A stretch of 64,000 nt of DNA, taken from positions 41,170,001-41,234,000 of the forward strand of contig NC_045697.1 of NCBI RefSeq assembly GCF_009834535.1, read 5' to 3'. A program made the translations under genes and the position numbers. Of the stretch, positions 1-12,260 are shown piece after piece. Source of the DNA: Camelus ferus (lineage: Eukaryota). Numbering within the stretch: the first letter of the stretch is position 1; every line of letters starts with the position of its first letter. The notes under the pieces were generated by a model. That model saw nothing but the letters and a program-made list of their open reading frames with translations. It ran no database searches and had not been told where the DNA came from.

Positions 1-1235
1 AAACTGAAACTACATTAACACTAGAAACTTTTTCTCTTCAAAAGTCAGTGATAGGAAAACCTAAAGGCAAGCCACAGACTGGGAGATAAATACATATAAA
101 ATATACATTGGATAAAGGAATAACATCTAGAATATATAAAGAACACGTACTTCTCAAAAAAAAAAAAAGAAGTCACATAATCATACACAAAAATGGGCAA
201 CAGATGTCATTAGATACTTCAACAAAGGAGATATATGAATGGTAAATAAATACCTGAAAAGATGCTCAAAATAATAGTAATTAGGGAAACATAGATTAAA
301 AACCACAATGATATATTACTACTTACCTATTTCAATAGCTAAAGTGAAAAAAAAAAAACAAAAACAAAAACCAGATCAAGTGTTGTTAAGGATGTAAAGC
401 AACTGGAAATCTCACATTACTGGTGGTACTGTAAAATTGTACAACCACTTGAGAACAACTTGGCAGTTTCTTAGAAAGTTAAACACACACTTACCATAGA
501 TCCCAGCAAACCTAATGGTAGTTATCTACTCAAGTTATCTACTCTCTCTCAAGAGACAGAAAAACTGTATGTTCATGCAAAAATGTGCATTTGACTGTTT
601 ACAGAAGCTTTATGTCCATCAACTAAAGAAAAAATAAACAAATCGGTGCATACCTGTACAAAAGAAAACTACTCAGCCATAAAAAAGAAACTATTATACA
701 TAGCACGCCATGGATGAATCTCAAAAGTATTATTCTAAGTGAAAAGAGCCAGACACGAAGACTCTCAAATATATGATTCTTTAACTGAAACTCTAGAGAA
801 GAAAAAACTATGGTGATAGAAAGCAGATCTGAGGTTGTCAGAGGTTAGGAGTCGGGGGAGGGGACTGACTGGAAAGGGACATGAGGGAACTTTCTGGTGT
901 TGGAAATACGCTACATCAGGGGTTGGCAAACTCCTTAGTAAATATTTTAGGCTTTGGGGGTCATATGATCTCTGCTGTAACTACTTAACTTTGCTGTTGT
1001 AGTAAAGTAGTCAAGTAAAAGTAAATATAGACAATATGGAAACAAATGAACATGGTCAAGCTCCAATAAAACTTTATTTACAAAATAGGTAGGCCACAGT
1101 TTTGAAACCTTACTCTTTATAATACTTGTGGAGGTGGTTGCCAACTGATTGTATATTTTTAAAACTCACTGAATTGAACATTTAAAAGTGGTGAATTTTA
1201 TAGTGTGTAAACTATACCTCAATAAAGCAGATTTA
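1..1235 (+). mobile_element. Old L1 (L1M-type) 3' part: degraded ORF2 end plus 3' UTR, interrupted by MER58
   Basis: L1 motifs gtaaaattgtacaaccactt, tgtccatcaac, catggatgaatctcaaa, and the terminal tatacctcaataaagc. Confidence 0.8.
917..1112. mobile_element. MER58A-like hAT MITE nested in L1
   Basis: Begins caggggttggcaaact; internal tagtaaatattttaggctttg and ccaataaaactttatttacaaa; degraded second TIR. Confidence 0.75.
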
Positions 1236-1429
1236 CAAAAAGATACAAAAATTTTTCAAAGGCTGTATGATATATAGCAGAAGGGTAACCTTTGAAAGAT
1301 GTATTAATGAGGTTAAAGAAAAATTCTCAGGTTTGAAGAAAGATGCTAAGGCTAAAGAGAAAAGGAGTAACAGGACACATCATTAGAAGGAGAGGGACAG
1401 CCTACTGTGCATTAAGCACGGTACCTAAA

Positions 1430-1520
1430 GGAGGAAGATTGAAGCTCAGAGAGGTTAAGTTCATTGTCCAAGTTCCGCCAGCTGGTTGAAACAAGAATTC
1501 AAATGCAAGACTGACTGAAA
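1430..1520 (-). mobile_element. MIR fragment
   Basis: gaagctcagagaggttaagt...tgtccaag is the reverse MIR core. Confidence 0.6.
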
Positions 1521-2204
1521 ATTTCCATGCAAATTCTTTCTACTGTGTTAGTCTGCTGTTTACCTTTATTAATAAAAATATAACTTGCTATTTACTTCCT
1601 ACAAGTATAAAAGTGTAATAACTGAGGGAAAAAAAGCACATAATTTAATGTCTTTAAATGCAAGCTCAGACAAAACAAACCACCTTGCCTTTCCCACCAT
1701 GAATCCTAGATTACAGGTGGTTTAAGTCTGTGAATGAAACCCCTTCATAGATATTTGCAGGGCTGGGAAACTTGGCTCCCTTCAATATAGAACAGCAAAT
1801 TTAAGGCATACTCTTGTTACGTCCTGGAAAGAAGAGAATGGTCTGAAGTTTCTCTTCTCAACAGAATATTATCTTATTTTTGCTATTCACACTGGAAGTT
1901 TACATAATACTACTTTTTTCTGATCATAAATGCACTCTTATTTATCTTAGGTCTCACAGGAAGCTGGTGGCAGAACTGGAACTATAAATCAATTTTCCTA
2001 ACCCCCTTCCCCTACTACTTGGCATTAGTGGAAAAACCATTTTTAGATGATATGATTAAATTTTATGCCTTTTAAGAAAAAACACAGCAAAACAATTCTA
2101 GAATCAGCTTGAACTTGCCTCTCTTATCCAGATAGTCACAAAATCCAATTGTTTCTTCTTTAATATATCTTGATTTTGAGAGTATGAAATAGGATAAAAG
2201 CATA

Positions 2205-2370
2205 TAATCCATAGCCAGATAGATACAGGTTGAAATCAGTTTTGCTCCACATACCAGCCATTGACTTTGGGAAATACATTTCCTCAGTTCCGTCTTTTAC
2301 AAAATGAGAATTGAAATACCATGGTTTTAGTTAGGAATAAATGAGATGAGATAATGCATATAGCATCAAT
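2205..2370 (+). mobile_element. MIR
   Basis: tgactttgggaaa...cctcagttcc...aaaatgag...aataaatgagat. Confidence 0.55.
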
Positions 2371-2462
2371 TATTGGCATCTGAGCTTTTAAATGTATGTC
2401 CTCCAACATCTCTTGCTTTGAAAAAGATACAAAGTTTATCATTTGTAATCTTTCACACTTAC

Positions 2463-2615
2463 CTTCAAAAATTCTAACTCTGTCTCTTTTTCAGAAGCTC
2501 CCACATAGGTATTATGCAATTTGGGTAACTCTTCTTTGATATAGGATAAATCAAGTTTCTCCATCACTCTGGGAGGCAAATAATGCTCTAGTCTAAAATA
2601 AGACATGCCATGAAC
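2463..2615 (-). CDS. PTPN13: PTPN13 exon 15 (153 nt), FERM: VHGMSYFRLEHYLPPRVMEKLDLSYIKEELPKLHNTYVGASEKETELEFLK
   Basis: Acceptor ttttctag|GTT; donor AAG|gtaagt; phase 0-0. Confidence 0.96.
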
Positions 2616-3330
2616 CTAGAAAAGAGAGTGTCTTTGTAAGTAAGCAATTCTGTTTGCCTTCTTCCTTATATCTTAAAGTTCTTGCCTCAGCCAAGAGATC
2701 AGGCACTTCTATTTATAATTCTCTCGGAGGAATGAGTTTTAGAGGACATGACTTAGTCTTTCTCTTTTATTCAGTGACTGAACTGTTTGGCAAGCTTCAG
2801 GAGAAGAGTGACAATTACAGGCCAAATGTCACTATAGTTAAGGGTTAATGTCATGAAGGATGCTGCTTGAGTGGTGCAGTCTCTTGCTTCTTGCTTTCTC
2901 TTAGGTCCACTTACCTTCAGGAACATTTGGCTTTGAACACCTGTTCTCCATACAGTGAGCCCTGCTAGGTTCTCAGTCTGTCACTGCATGGATCTGTGTG
3001 GAAGGTGGAAGACTCCTTTGATCCAGATTTGGTTGGTAACCCTTATGTCTAATATCTATTAGTTAGATATGGGGAGAAGGAAGGATAAGTGCTAAATATA
3101 CTAGAACTCTGAAACAGGATAATTTCAAACAGAAAAAAAAAAAAGAAATCTTACACTATGGTTTTAAATAACCAGTATACATGGAGAACTTGGTCATTTT
3201 GAGGCACCAAACTAACCTCAAAAATCTCCAGATCTAAAGAGCAAACACCTCAAGCAGGTTTATTCTTTAATTATGCTGAGGATAAGAACACCACTGCAAA
3301 GGTGGTCCTGGAGAAGAAAAAAAATCCTAC

Positions 3331-3469
3331 CTCTGGTTGATAATCTCCATACTCAGCCTGGAGAGCCAAGGATGCTAGCAACAAAGAAGTCTCGTCATCA
3401 CAGTGCATCCTTTCCTCCAAGATATCTTTTCGCAGCTGAAGATAATACTGATGACAGGTCAGAGTATGT
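3331..3469 (-). CDS. PTPN13: PTPN13 exon 14 (139 nt), [50 protein letters not shown]
   Basis: Acceptor tttcccag|A; donor GAG|gtagga; lies inside ORF 3271..3498; FERM signature [10 protein letters not shown]. Confidence 0.96.
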
Positions 3470-3731
3470 CTGGGAAAACAAACACACACACAAAACATGC
3501 AGGCTTCGACCTTTAATCTCAGGGTGATTTTTTACTATTGGCATAAGTTTAGTTGCCAAGATGGTTTGTGATTAAGCACAAGAATTTAATAAGCTATGTT
3601 GAAGGAAATATTTCTTTTATGATAAAGAAGACCTTATCTCTGATCAGAATCAAATAACTCAGTATCAGTAAACTCAAGGGTCCAAAGACCAGGGGCCAAA
3701 AAGAGAAATACAGAAACTCCTGTGTACTTAC

Positions 3732-3885
3732 TGTATCAGACTAACATCATCCATGAAAAATTTAATTCGGAAAAACAAAGTAAAATTAACAGCGGCTTTG
3801 CTCTTTTTCTTTGGTTCTTCTTTCCATCCCTCTGGAGCCACTTTGGTTAATTTTAAATCAGGATCAACAAAGAAATATTCATGAT
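3732..3885 (-). CDS. PTPN13: PTPN13 exon 13 (154 nt), FERM: (D)HEYFFVDPDLKLTKVAPEGWKEEPKKKSKAAVNFTLFFRIKFFMDDVSLI(Q)
   Basis: Acceptor gttctag|AT; donor ACA|gtaagt; phase 1-2. Confidence 0.95.
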
Positions 3886-4049
3886 CTAGAACAGAATGAG
3901 AAGCACTGAGATAAAAATATGCTAATGTTTTCTTTTACTTTCTTCATTTTTTGGTCAAGCTTGCACAAAACAGATTACATGAGAATAAAACAGGATTACT
4001 GAGAAGTAGGGCAGGGAATTCTGAGGCACTACATACGGATAGGAGGCAA

Positions 4050-4310
4050 CATGGTTCAGTCTTTTAAAAATAATGGCTGTGAAGATAGACCTGAATTCAA
4101 CTCCTAGTCACATCATTTATTATCTGTGTGATACTGAATGAATTATATAATCTTTCTAGACATCAATTTTCTTGTCAATAAAATCAGGATAGTGCTAAGT
4201 CCTGGTATTTTGGTTTGCTGTAGAGGTCAAATGACATAATGGATATAAAACACTTGGTAGTTCAAAGCATGTGGCACATGGTCAGCATTCAATAAATATT
4301 AGCTATTATT
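4050..4310 (+). mobile_element. MIR
   Basis: Degraded MIR ending ggcacatggtcagcattcaataaatattagctatt. Confidence 0.65.
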
Positions 4311-5437
4311 TGTTACAGCTAAGCTACCAGTTGAAACCAAGAAGGAACAATGATCATCATTTTATTTTTAATGTCATCACCTAAGTATTACTTACTCTCT
4401 CCAGCTAAAAGATTGTTCAATAAAATCTTACTTATCCAGAATGTTTAAGAAATTAGTAGTAATTTAAATAAAAATTCTGATTAATTACATATTTTTGTAT
4501 AGATAGTATTGCCTGGTTAGTCTAAAATTATAATTAATAAAATTAATAAAAATTATATAATTAATGTAGTATCAACAGGTACTAATTGAAAATTTATTGG
4601 ATGACTCTACAAAATAAATGATTAGTTTATAAGGACCAAAAAAGTAGCTGAAAGATATATTTCTTTTATGACAAAGATGGCATTATCCTGATCTTACAAG
4701 GTTTCAGGGTGATTTGATCCTTCAATTGTAATTAATTGTGCTTTGTTGTCAAAGTTTTTTAAAGTTAAGTTTTGAGGTAAACTGGAATCTGAAAAGTTGA
4801 AGAGTAATTTATATATATGGTAATTTATTAAACAAATATTTATTAAAACCCAACTCCAAAGGTTTCTTATTGTTATAACAATTCTAATTGATAAGCGGCA
4901 GCAGCTTCTACTGCAGCTGTGTTCTGAGACCTCTGTGGTCGTGAATGTCACAGAGGTCAGTGAATATAATGCTTAAAAAATATGTGAAATGACTTATTTT
5001 CAGTCATGAACTGACCACACTTAAAAAAGACACTGTATATTCCTAGGATTGTAAGCTAAAGAAGTTTATACAGAGATTCAGAAATAGGGCCCGGCTATAT
5101 ATTCAAATTTGTATTAGCAGGGTACTGCTTTCTAGAGTATATACATATGTGGGCAAAATAATGGTCCTTAAAATATAACAGTTAAAATCATTTTTATATA
5201 GCCAATGCCAAAGAAAAAAAATCTTCATGGTCAGGTGCAGGAGACGCAAAAAAGATACAGCTATTGAAATAATGTACCTAGTTAGGAAAAGGAAGGGAGT
5301 TCCTAACTCCTACTTCTCAATGCTGACATATTCACAGAGTTAATATTCCCTAAAACAAGGTTAGGCAGAGCAAGCATAGGAAGTTGTCTTATTAACGAGT
5401 TTCCATAGTGTACCCTGAATTTAAAATGTCTTGGTAC

Positions 5438-5612
5438 CTTTGAGGGTAGCTAAAGCAAACAAATGATGTTCCACTAAGCCAATATGGGCCACAACCATAT
5501 CAAATACATCTTTACATATAGTTTTGGTATCACAAGTCAGTTCCAGTCTCTGCCCATTCAGAAGCATTATGTTTACTTTTCTTCGGTTATCCTCATTCTT
5601 CCCTTTCTTGGT
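5438..5612 (-). CDS. PTPN13: PTPN13 exon 12 (175 nt), start of FERM: TKKGKNEDNRRKVNIMLLNGQRLELTCDTKTICKDVFDMVVAHIGLVEHHLFALATLK
   Basis: Acceptor attgtag|ACC after a 124-nt intron; donor AAG|gtacca; phase 0-1. Confidence 0.95.
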
Positions 5613-5736
5613 CTACAATTGAAAAAAAACGAATGGTGCTTATTAATGCGAACATTATAAGAATTGCAACTTTAAAAAAAAAACCCTTTACTGAATTTAT
5701 TTTCTAAAAGTGACGCAAAGTGGTTTTATTACTTAC

Positions 5737-5811
5737 AAGGATAGACCGCGGCAAATCCAAAGATATAAATGGTTCAACCGTCATTTTCACAAACTCAGGG
5801 CCAAAGAAATT
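5737..5811 (-). CDS. PTPN13: PTPN13 exon 11 (75 nt): NFFGPEFVKMTVEPFISLDLPRSIL
   Basis: Acceptor ttcacag|AAT; donor CTT|gtaagt; phase 0-0. Confidence 0.95.
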
Positions 5812-7989
5812 CTGTGAATCACATAAGCAGAATCAATAGTTTCAATCATTTATTCCAGCTCTTTCTTTGAAATAAAAATAATGTAATAATAATAATAATA
5901 AACTACGTGTAAAACCACTGTATTCGAACTAGGTGATGTGAAACAAATGTAAAAACTTTCAATAAGCAAGTATAGTGGAATTTACCAAGAACAGGAATGG
6001 AATGTGCCTCACTCCTAAGCGTGAAAAAAAGTTTTACCTCAGCTTTGTTTTCTACCAGTGATGTAAAATAAAGCCTTGCTGTATATTGTTTTACAAGTTT
6101 TTCATGTTTTGGACCCCAAGTAGACCCACACTCTCAAAAAAATTAGCAGTCTCAATTATTAAAGTAACATAGAGTTATCAAGCTCATATAAGGATTTGGT
6201 TTAATATTGCTAATGTGTAAACTGATTGAACAGAATCTCATTATTTCAGAGAGTGATATTCAATTTGTCCTAAAACAAGTCATAGTTAATGGACAACGTC
6301 TACTTTGTGATTAAAAAAAGATACCCATCTGTAATCATGTTCTTGCAACCCTGTACTTTTTTGGTTCCAATTAGTGACAACTAGGGATGGTATAGGTATC
6401 AAGTCTCTGCCCCCCACTGCTGCCTTTAGTAAGAAAACAGTACCTTAGGAGTTGGGAGGACTCAGAAGCTGGAGAAAGTAAAGCCCATACTTTGCATTTA
6501 CTGCCTTTCAATCTGTTCTCTCCCTTAACTTTTTGTATATCCAGGGGTTTCTGCCCAGAAAGGAGAACTGATTGAAGAGATAACTTAAAACAAGTTAAGA
6601 CTCCAGATGGGAGCAGGATTCAGAAGAGACTGAAAGATTATGTCCAAATGGGCAAAAAGCAGAATGAACACAGGGATACTCTCCAGGCCAAAGGCAGGTG
6701 GGGTGTGTGGGGGGGTGCACTCTTATGCATGCATGTGTTTGAACTCATGGGGGTTACTGGAGTTTTATTTTTGTTGGTTTCTTCTCTGCATTTCGCTGTA
6801 TAGCTCATTAGGCTGCTTGATGTGGGAATTCTATCTAATCAACTGGGCGTGGAACATGTGACAGATACCATGTTAAGTAAAAGTTTAACATTAAGCATTT
6901 GTTAATATTCAACGAACCAACAGGACACATTTTAAATGAGAACAGAAACAGTAGAAGAAACACAGAATCTGATACAGATCAACTAAGGCAACAGGGTATG
7001 AACCTTAAAACGTGTCTACACCAAAAGTAATATAGAAAAAAATTAACCCAAAACTTATGTTTTGGGAAAAAAACATTACTTCAATTGTGAAATTGTTCTT
7101 CCCAATACCAGTATTCCTTTTCAGCCTCAAAAATATATCCTTCCTGTCTTTTGTTTAGAAAAAACACTATGTGGCCCTTTAATGACCAGTAGTTCAAATT
7201 CTTATATAGCATGTCTCTGATGAAGAAAGTATGTTTTTGAAGTAGTCAGAATCTGATTGCCTGAAAGGAAACACAAGTTTTTAGTAAGATGACACGTAAC
7301 AGTGGTATACTATAAAGGTACAGACTACCATTTATGACTCTAAATGAGCCAAAGTTCTGCATTAGCTCTCTGAAACAAAGGTTTAGGAAAAAGATGTGTG
7401 TCTATATATGTATGTACGTGCCCTTTACGTTTTATGTGTGTCTTTAATTATTAGAGACCCATGCTATTTTGTATATCCTGCCTACTGCTTAATTTTGACA
7501 AATGTATTGGTTATAATGATAAATTGATGAATCCTTATTGAATTTCTTCCTTTTAGCTTAAAATAAATTGTTGTATTTTATTGGAATCTAAGAACTTTAA
7601 AATTGGACATTGTCTTATAAATTACAACCCAATTTCACACTTTAAAAATTAGCACAATGAGACACGAAGAGGTTTAAAAATGTACACAAAGTCATACTTC
7701 CAGAAATTAAAAAGTGAATTATTAGAGATTGAATCCAAGTCTTCTAATTTGTAGTTCAGTTTAATTTTCACTGTGTAATACTGTTTCTTCTCCTTAGCAA
7801 ACTATGAGGGAAATTTGAATTCTATCAATTTCAGGGTATACAAATATGCTTTTAAGATAATTCTTTGTAGCAATTAAAACCAAAACAGAATAGGATAATA
7901 TACTTTCTTGATGAGAACTAAAAAGAAAAAATTCACCCCAGATTTTATCACTTTTACTAATATTTATTTTGCTTTTGAAGAATTATTTG

Positions 7990-8500
7990 TAAAAGAACAA
8001 TACAAATGAGATACTGCCTCACCTTTCAAATTGGTGATGATAAAAAAAGAATAATAGTATCAGAGTCAGTAAGAATATGGTGAAACAAGCATAATCAGAA
8101 GAAAAATAAATTGGAAGAAATTTAAAAAAATTTTGTTGCTCCATCATTAGCTGCATAGAAGAAATTTTTAAAGGGCAATTTGACAGTACATATAAAATGT
8201 CTTAAAAGGTATTTGCCGTTGACTTGGCTATTCCACTTGGAGGAAGTTATCTGCAAAGATTTAGCTATAAGGATGTTCTTCAGAGCACTTCATGCAATAG
8301 CAACAACAAACGAGAAACATTTTAAATGTCCAATAATTGGAAACTGATTAAATACATTATGGTACATAGTAAAATCACATAATGGAGTACTTTACAGCCC
8401 TTAACATCATAAAAGTTGTAAAATGTTCAGGATATTTTACATGAGAAAAGACTATATTCATTGTGTGCTTAAAGTATAAAGGATATATGTTTAAGAAATA
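7990..8500 (+). mobile_element. Old L1 (L1ME-like) fragment
   Basis: aaatgagatactg..., aaatgtccaataattggaaactgattaaatacattatggtacat. Confidence 0.6.
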
Positions 8501-8539
8501 TAAACCAACTAAACACATAAAAGAAAAATCCCCCACAGA

Positions 8540-8810
8540 TATAAGATGCAGTTTTGTTCCTTCCTGTCTTTGGGTATTGTAATGTGAGGATACGATGCTT
8601 GGAGCTAAAGCAGTCTTCTTTTAACCACAAAGAGAACTACTGCCAAAATTCTGAGAATGGCAGGGCAGAAAGATGGAATGCACTTGACAGCATTCTTGAG
8701 CTTCTGAACCATCCTTGAACTCTCTGTCTCTGATCTTCATGGTTTGTGGGGGAATACATTTCTTAATATTAAAAAATAATCCCCTGCAATACTGAATAAA
8801 GCCGGTTGAC
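8540..8810. mobile_element. MaLR (MLT1J/K-like) LTR fragment
   Basis: gatgcttggagctaaagcagtc...gaatggcagggcagaaagatggaa resembles old MLT1 LTRs. Confidence 0.5.
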
Positions 8811-9075
8811 TTCAAGGATCATGAACATACTTTTAAAATATACAGTTAAGATGCCCTGAATCTATCTAATGTTATTTTAAAAATGAAATCATGAAAATAG
8901 CTAATGTTTATTTTGATATCAACCAACAAGATATTTAACACCAATGGAAACTAATATGAGATTTTAATTTCGCCTACAGGCAACTTTAGGATACCCACAG
9001 AATTTTTTAAAGTACTTTGCCTAACAACTCCCCATGAGACAAAGTTTAGATGCAGTAACCCGAGAGTCAACTTAC

Positions 9076-9295
9076 CCTCAGTTTCCTTTGGGTCATGGCT
9101 GTTTCCAGGGCCATTTCTCTTAAGGGATCCCTGGTGATGTCAAGCATGGAAGCTTTGATCGTGTCTCCCGGATACAGGCTCAACCGGGACTGTCTAAGGG
9201 CCATTCTGGCTTGCAGCTGCATCATTTCTTCTTCTTGTCGTTTCAGCATGATCTCCTGATTAATTAAGTTGCCTTCAAGGGGTGTTTCATATTGT
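9076..9295 (-). CDS. PTPN13: PTPN13 exon 10 (220 nt): (R)QYETPLEGNLINQEIMLKRQEEEMMQLQARMALRQSRLSLYPGDTIKASMLDITRDPLREMALETAMTQRKLR
   Basis: Acceptor ttttctgtatggcag|ACAA; donor AGG|gtaagt; lies inside ORF 9067..9354; phase 2-0. Confidence 0.93.
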
Positions 9296-9769
9296 CTGCC
9301 ATACAGAAAAGAAAAGAGGGTTGGGAAGAAAACAATTATTTTAAGTCTAATCAAGAAAAAACCTGGTTAGGTTTTTAACAGATTTCCTTTTTTCATCTCA
9401 GAAGAACCCTTGCAGTAACATTTCAGTGCTACTGTTAATATGTTTATAGTGGGGTGTCCTGTTTTCAGTAGTTAGATTTATATCTTTCACCTCTTCTCTG
9501 AACATTTCAGCATCTTCTGAAAACTGCTCCCCCCACAGTTCTCTCAGATAAGGGCTGTTCTATTCTCATAATCCTGCACCCATGGGCCTGGACAAGCAAT
9601 ACAGACTCCCCTTAATTTTTACTTCAGCTTCCAGATCATTACTGACCCCTCCTCCACTAGCCCCAGCTTCCCTGAAGTGCATGCTATAAAACCATACCAT
9701 CCACTGCTCTGCTTTGTTCTAGACATTGTCCTATTGGTCAATTTCCCCTTATTCATTCAAGATTTAAGT

Positions 9770-12260
9770 GTCTGACTCAGCCTCCTCCACCACTACTGCT
9801 GTCATCATTCATGGTGGTGTTACAGGGACTGAGGGGTCCTCCAACACTCTGGCCTCCTCTACCTCGGCTGGCAATCGACTCCAAGGGTCATGCTGGCTAT
9901 TAGCAATAACTGCACCACCTCTAAAATGTCTTATTTCTATTGTCCAACACCCTCTCCATCTAATCTCTTTGTTTTTTTCTAGCTCACTTCCTCTAACACT
10001 CTCCTTCAAATAATTCATCGACTCTATCAGGAATTTTAATCCACTGACCTGACCACTTGCTCTCTATTAATCCTCTCTTGCCTTAACATTGCTTGAATTC
10101 TAAGGGCCATCGTTAAAATCACTCTTTTGCATTCAACCTCTACTCTCATGAAACTGCAGAACCATGCTGACTGACCCCACTGAGCTCTCAACACTGCCTG
10201 GTGATTCATTTTCTTAAGAGAACTATTTTATATTTTTCTCCTTCTCTTTTCCTTTCAAAGCTCCCATACTTTTTTTTTTTTTTTAAACTGAAGTATACTC
10301 AGTTTACAATGTTGCATTCAATTTCTGGTCTACAGCATATTAGTTCAGTCATACATATACATATATATATTCCTTTTCATGTTCTTTTTCATTATAGATT
10401 ACTACAAGATATTGAATATAGTTCCCTGTGCTGTACAGAAGAATCTTGTTGTTTATCTATTTTATTCAAAATTCCAGTACTTTCTCCCTTGTCCTCTCAC
10501 AACTGATGACTCTTCCTCAGTTTTCTTGGTGAAATAAGAAGTAATCAGGAAATAACTTCCTTATCCTTCTGCTATCCAGACTTCCCAAATCTACATCCAT
10601 ATGTTCTGCTGTCTCTTCTGTTACACCTCTGCACACTCACCCAGGCCGCAAACCTCCAGTGTGCATGGGGATTCCACTGCTCTCCCTGCCCAAAGACTTC
10701 GCTCCTGCAATTACCCTCTCACATGCATCAAGAAGCTTATACACTGGGTTTTTCTCATTAGCATAGAGATACGCTGTACTATTTTCTACTTAGAACAACA
10801 ACAACAAAAATCCTCCTTTGGTTCCACACTTCCTTTCAGATTCTATCCCATTTTTTCTGTTGTCTTTTAGAGTAAATCTCTTTAAAACTGTCATTTAAAT
10901 TTTATCTCCACTTCCTCTCTCACTGCTCTTGGACTCAGATCAATAGTGTGAGTCCCTACTATTCTACCAACACTGGTCACAAAAATGACTGCTCTCTGTG
11001 TTTTTATCAAAGCTAAAGGATAATTCTCAATTTTCATTTTACTTGATCACTAAGCATCACATAACATAGCTGCTCAATCCCTCCTCTTCTTGGAACATCT
11101 GACTTCTGGGAAACCATGCTCTTTTTATTTTCCTTCTATTTCACTGGCTCCTCTTTCTTAATCTCTTTTGTGGGGTCCTGCTTCATGTCTAATCTCCTAA
11201 TGTGAGACTATAACAGTGCACAGACCTCCAGATTTTTCTAGTCTCCATATACACTTCATACATACCTGATCTCATGTAGTCACATGACCTTAACTGTCTT
11301 ATGTATTCCTATAACTCCAGGCTCTCTCCGAATTCTAAATCTACTCACCTGCCTAGGTGAGTGTTGTACGTGGGTCTTAATACGCATCTTTAGCCTAACA
11401 TGTCTAAAACCAAATTCTTGATGCTTTCTCCTTATATCCAACTTTTTCTCAATCACTCACCAGTTGCTTAGGACACAACTTAGAGTCATTCTTGACTCCT
11501 CTTTCTTACAAATGCCATATCTGAACAAGCAGCAAATCCTGAAGGCACAACCTTGAAGATGTCTATATCTGACCCTTCTCTGCCACTAGCAACCTTAGTC
11601 TGTGCTGCATGCATCTCAAATGGAGGAGTGTCATTGCCTCCTCACTGGTCTTTTACTCCTGTAATCTGTTCTTCTCAGAACAGGTCAGAGTAATCCCATT
11701 ACAATTTAAATCAGATCATGGCTCTGTACGCTTTCATCCAATGGCTTCCCATTATACTTAGAACATCCAAAGTGCTCCCGTTAGCTTCCCAGGTCTGACA
11801 TGATTTGGGTCCTGGTTACCATCCACTCTGCCTTTCCCTCACTCTGCTGCAGCCACATGGCCTTTCCTGCCATTCCTCAACGTGCCACACATCTCCCACA
11901 CCTCAGGGCCTCTGCACTTGCTGTTCCTTTTGACTGGAACCCTCTTCCCCCTGATATCTCGACATTTTACTTCCTCATTTCAAAGAGTTTTCTGTTTCAA
12001 TGTCATCCCTTGGGAGAGAAGCCCTCTCTGATCACCCTCCCTATGTAAGACAGAACTTGGACGTCCCAGCCCTGTAGTCTCTGTTCCTTCTCTATTCCTG
12101 CTTCATTTTTCCTCAAAGCACCGTCACTAACTGATGGCGCATTACTTACTCGGTTTTTAGTGACTTAGTGGCTATCCCTCAGCCCGATAAAGTCCCAGTA
12201 CCTAGAGGTACCCAGTACACGGTAGGTACTCAATAAACATTTGTTGAGTGAATGATTGAA
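9770..12260 (+). mobile_element. Long degraded L2 LINE
   Basis: CT-rich L2 ORF remnants ending in the L2 tail gtaggtactcaataaacatttgttgagtgaatga. Confidence 0.8.
10269..10465 (-). mobile_element. Younger 5'-truncated L1 3' UTR inserted into L2
   Basis: Poly-T, then aactgaagtatactcagtttacaatg...gaatatagttccctgtgctgtacagaa; degenerate flanking repeat ttcaaagctcccatact / ttcaaaattccagtact. Confidence 0.8.
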
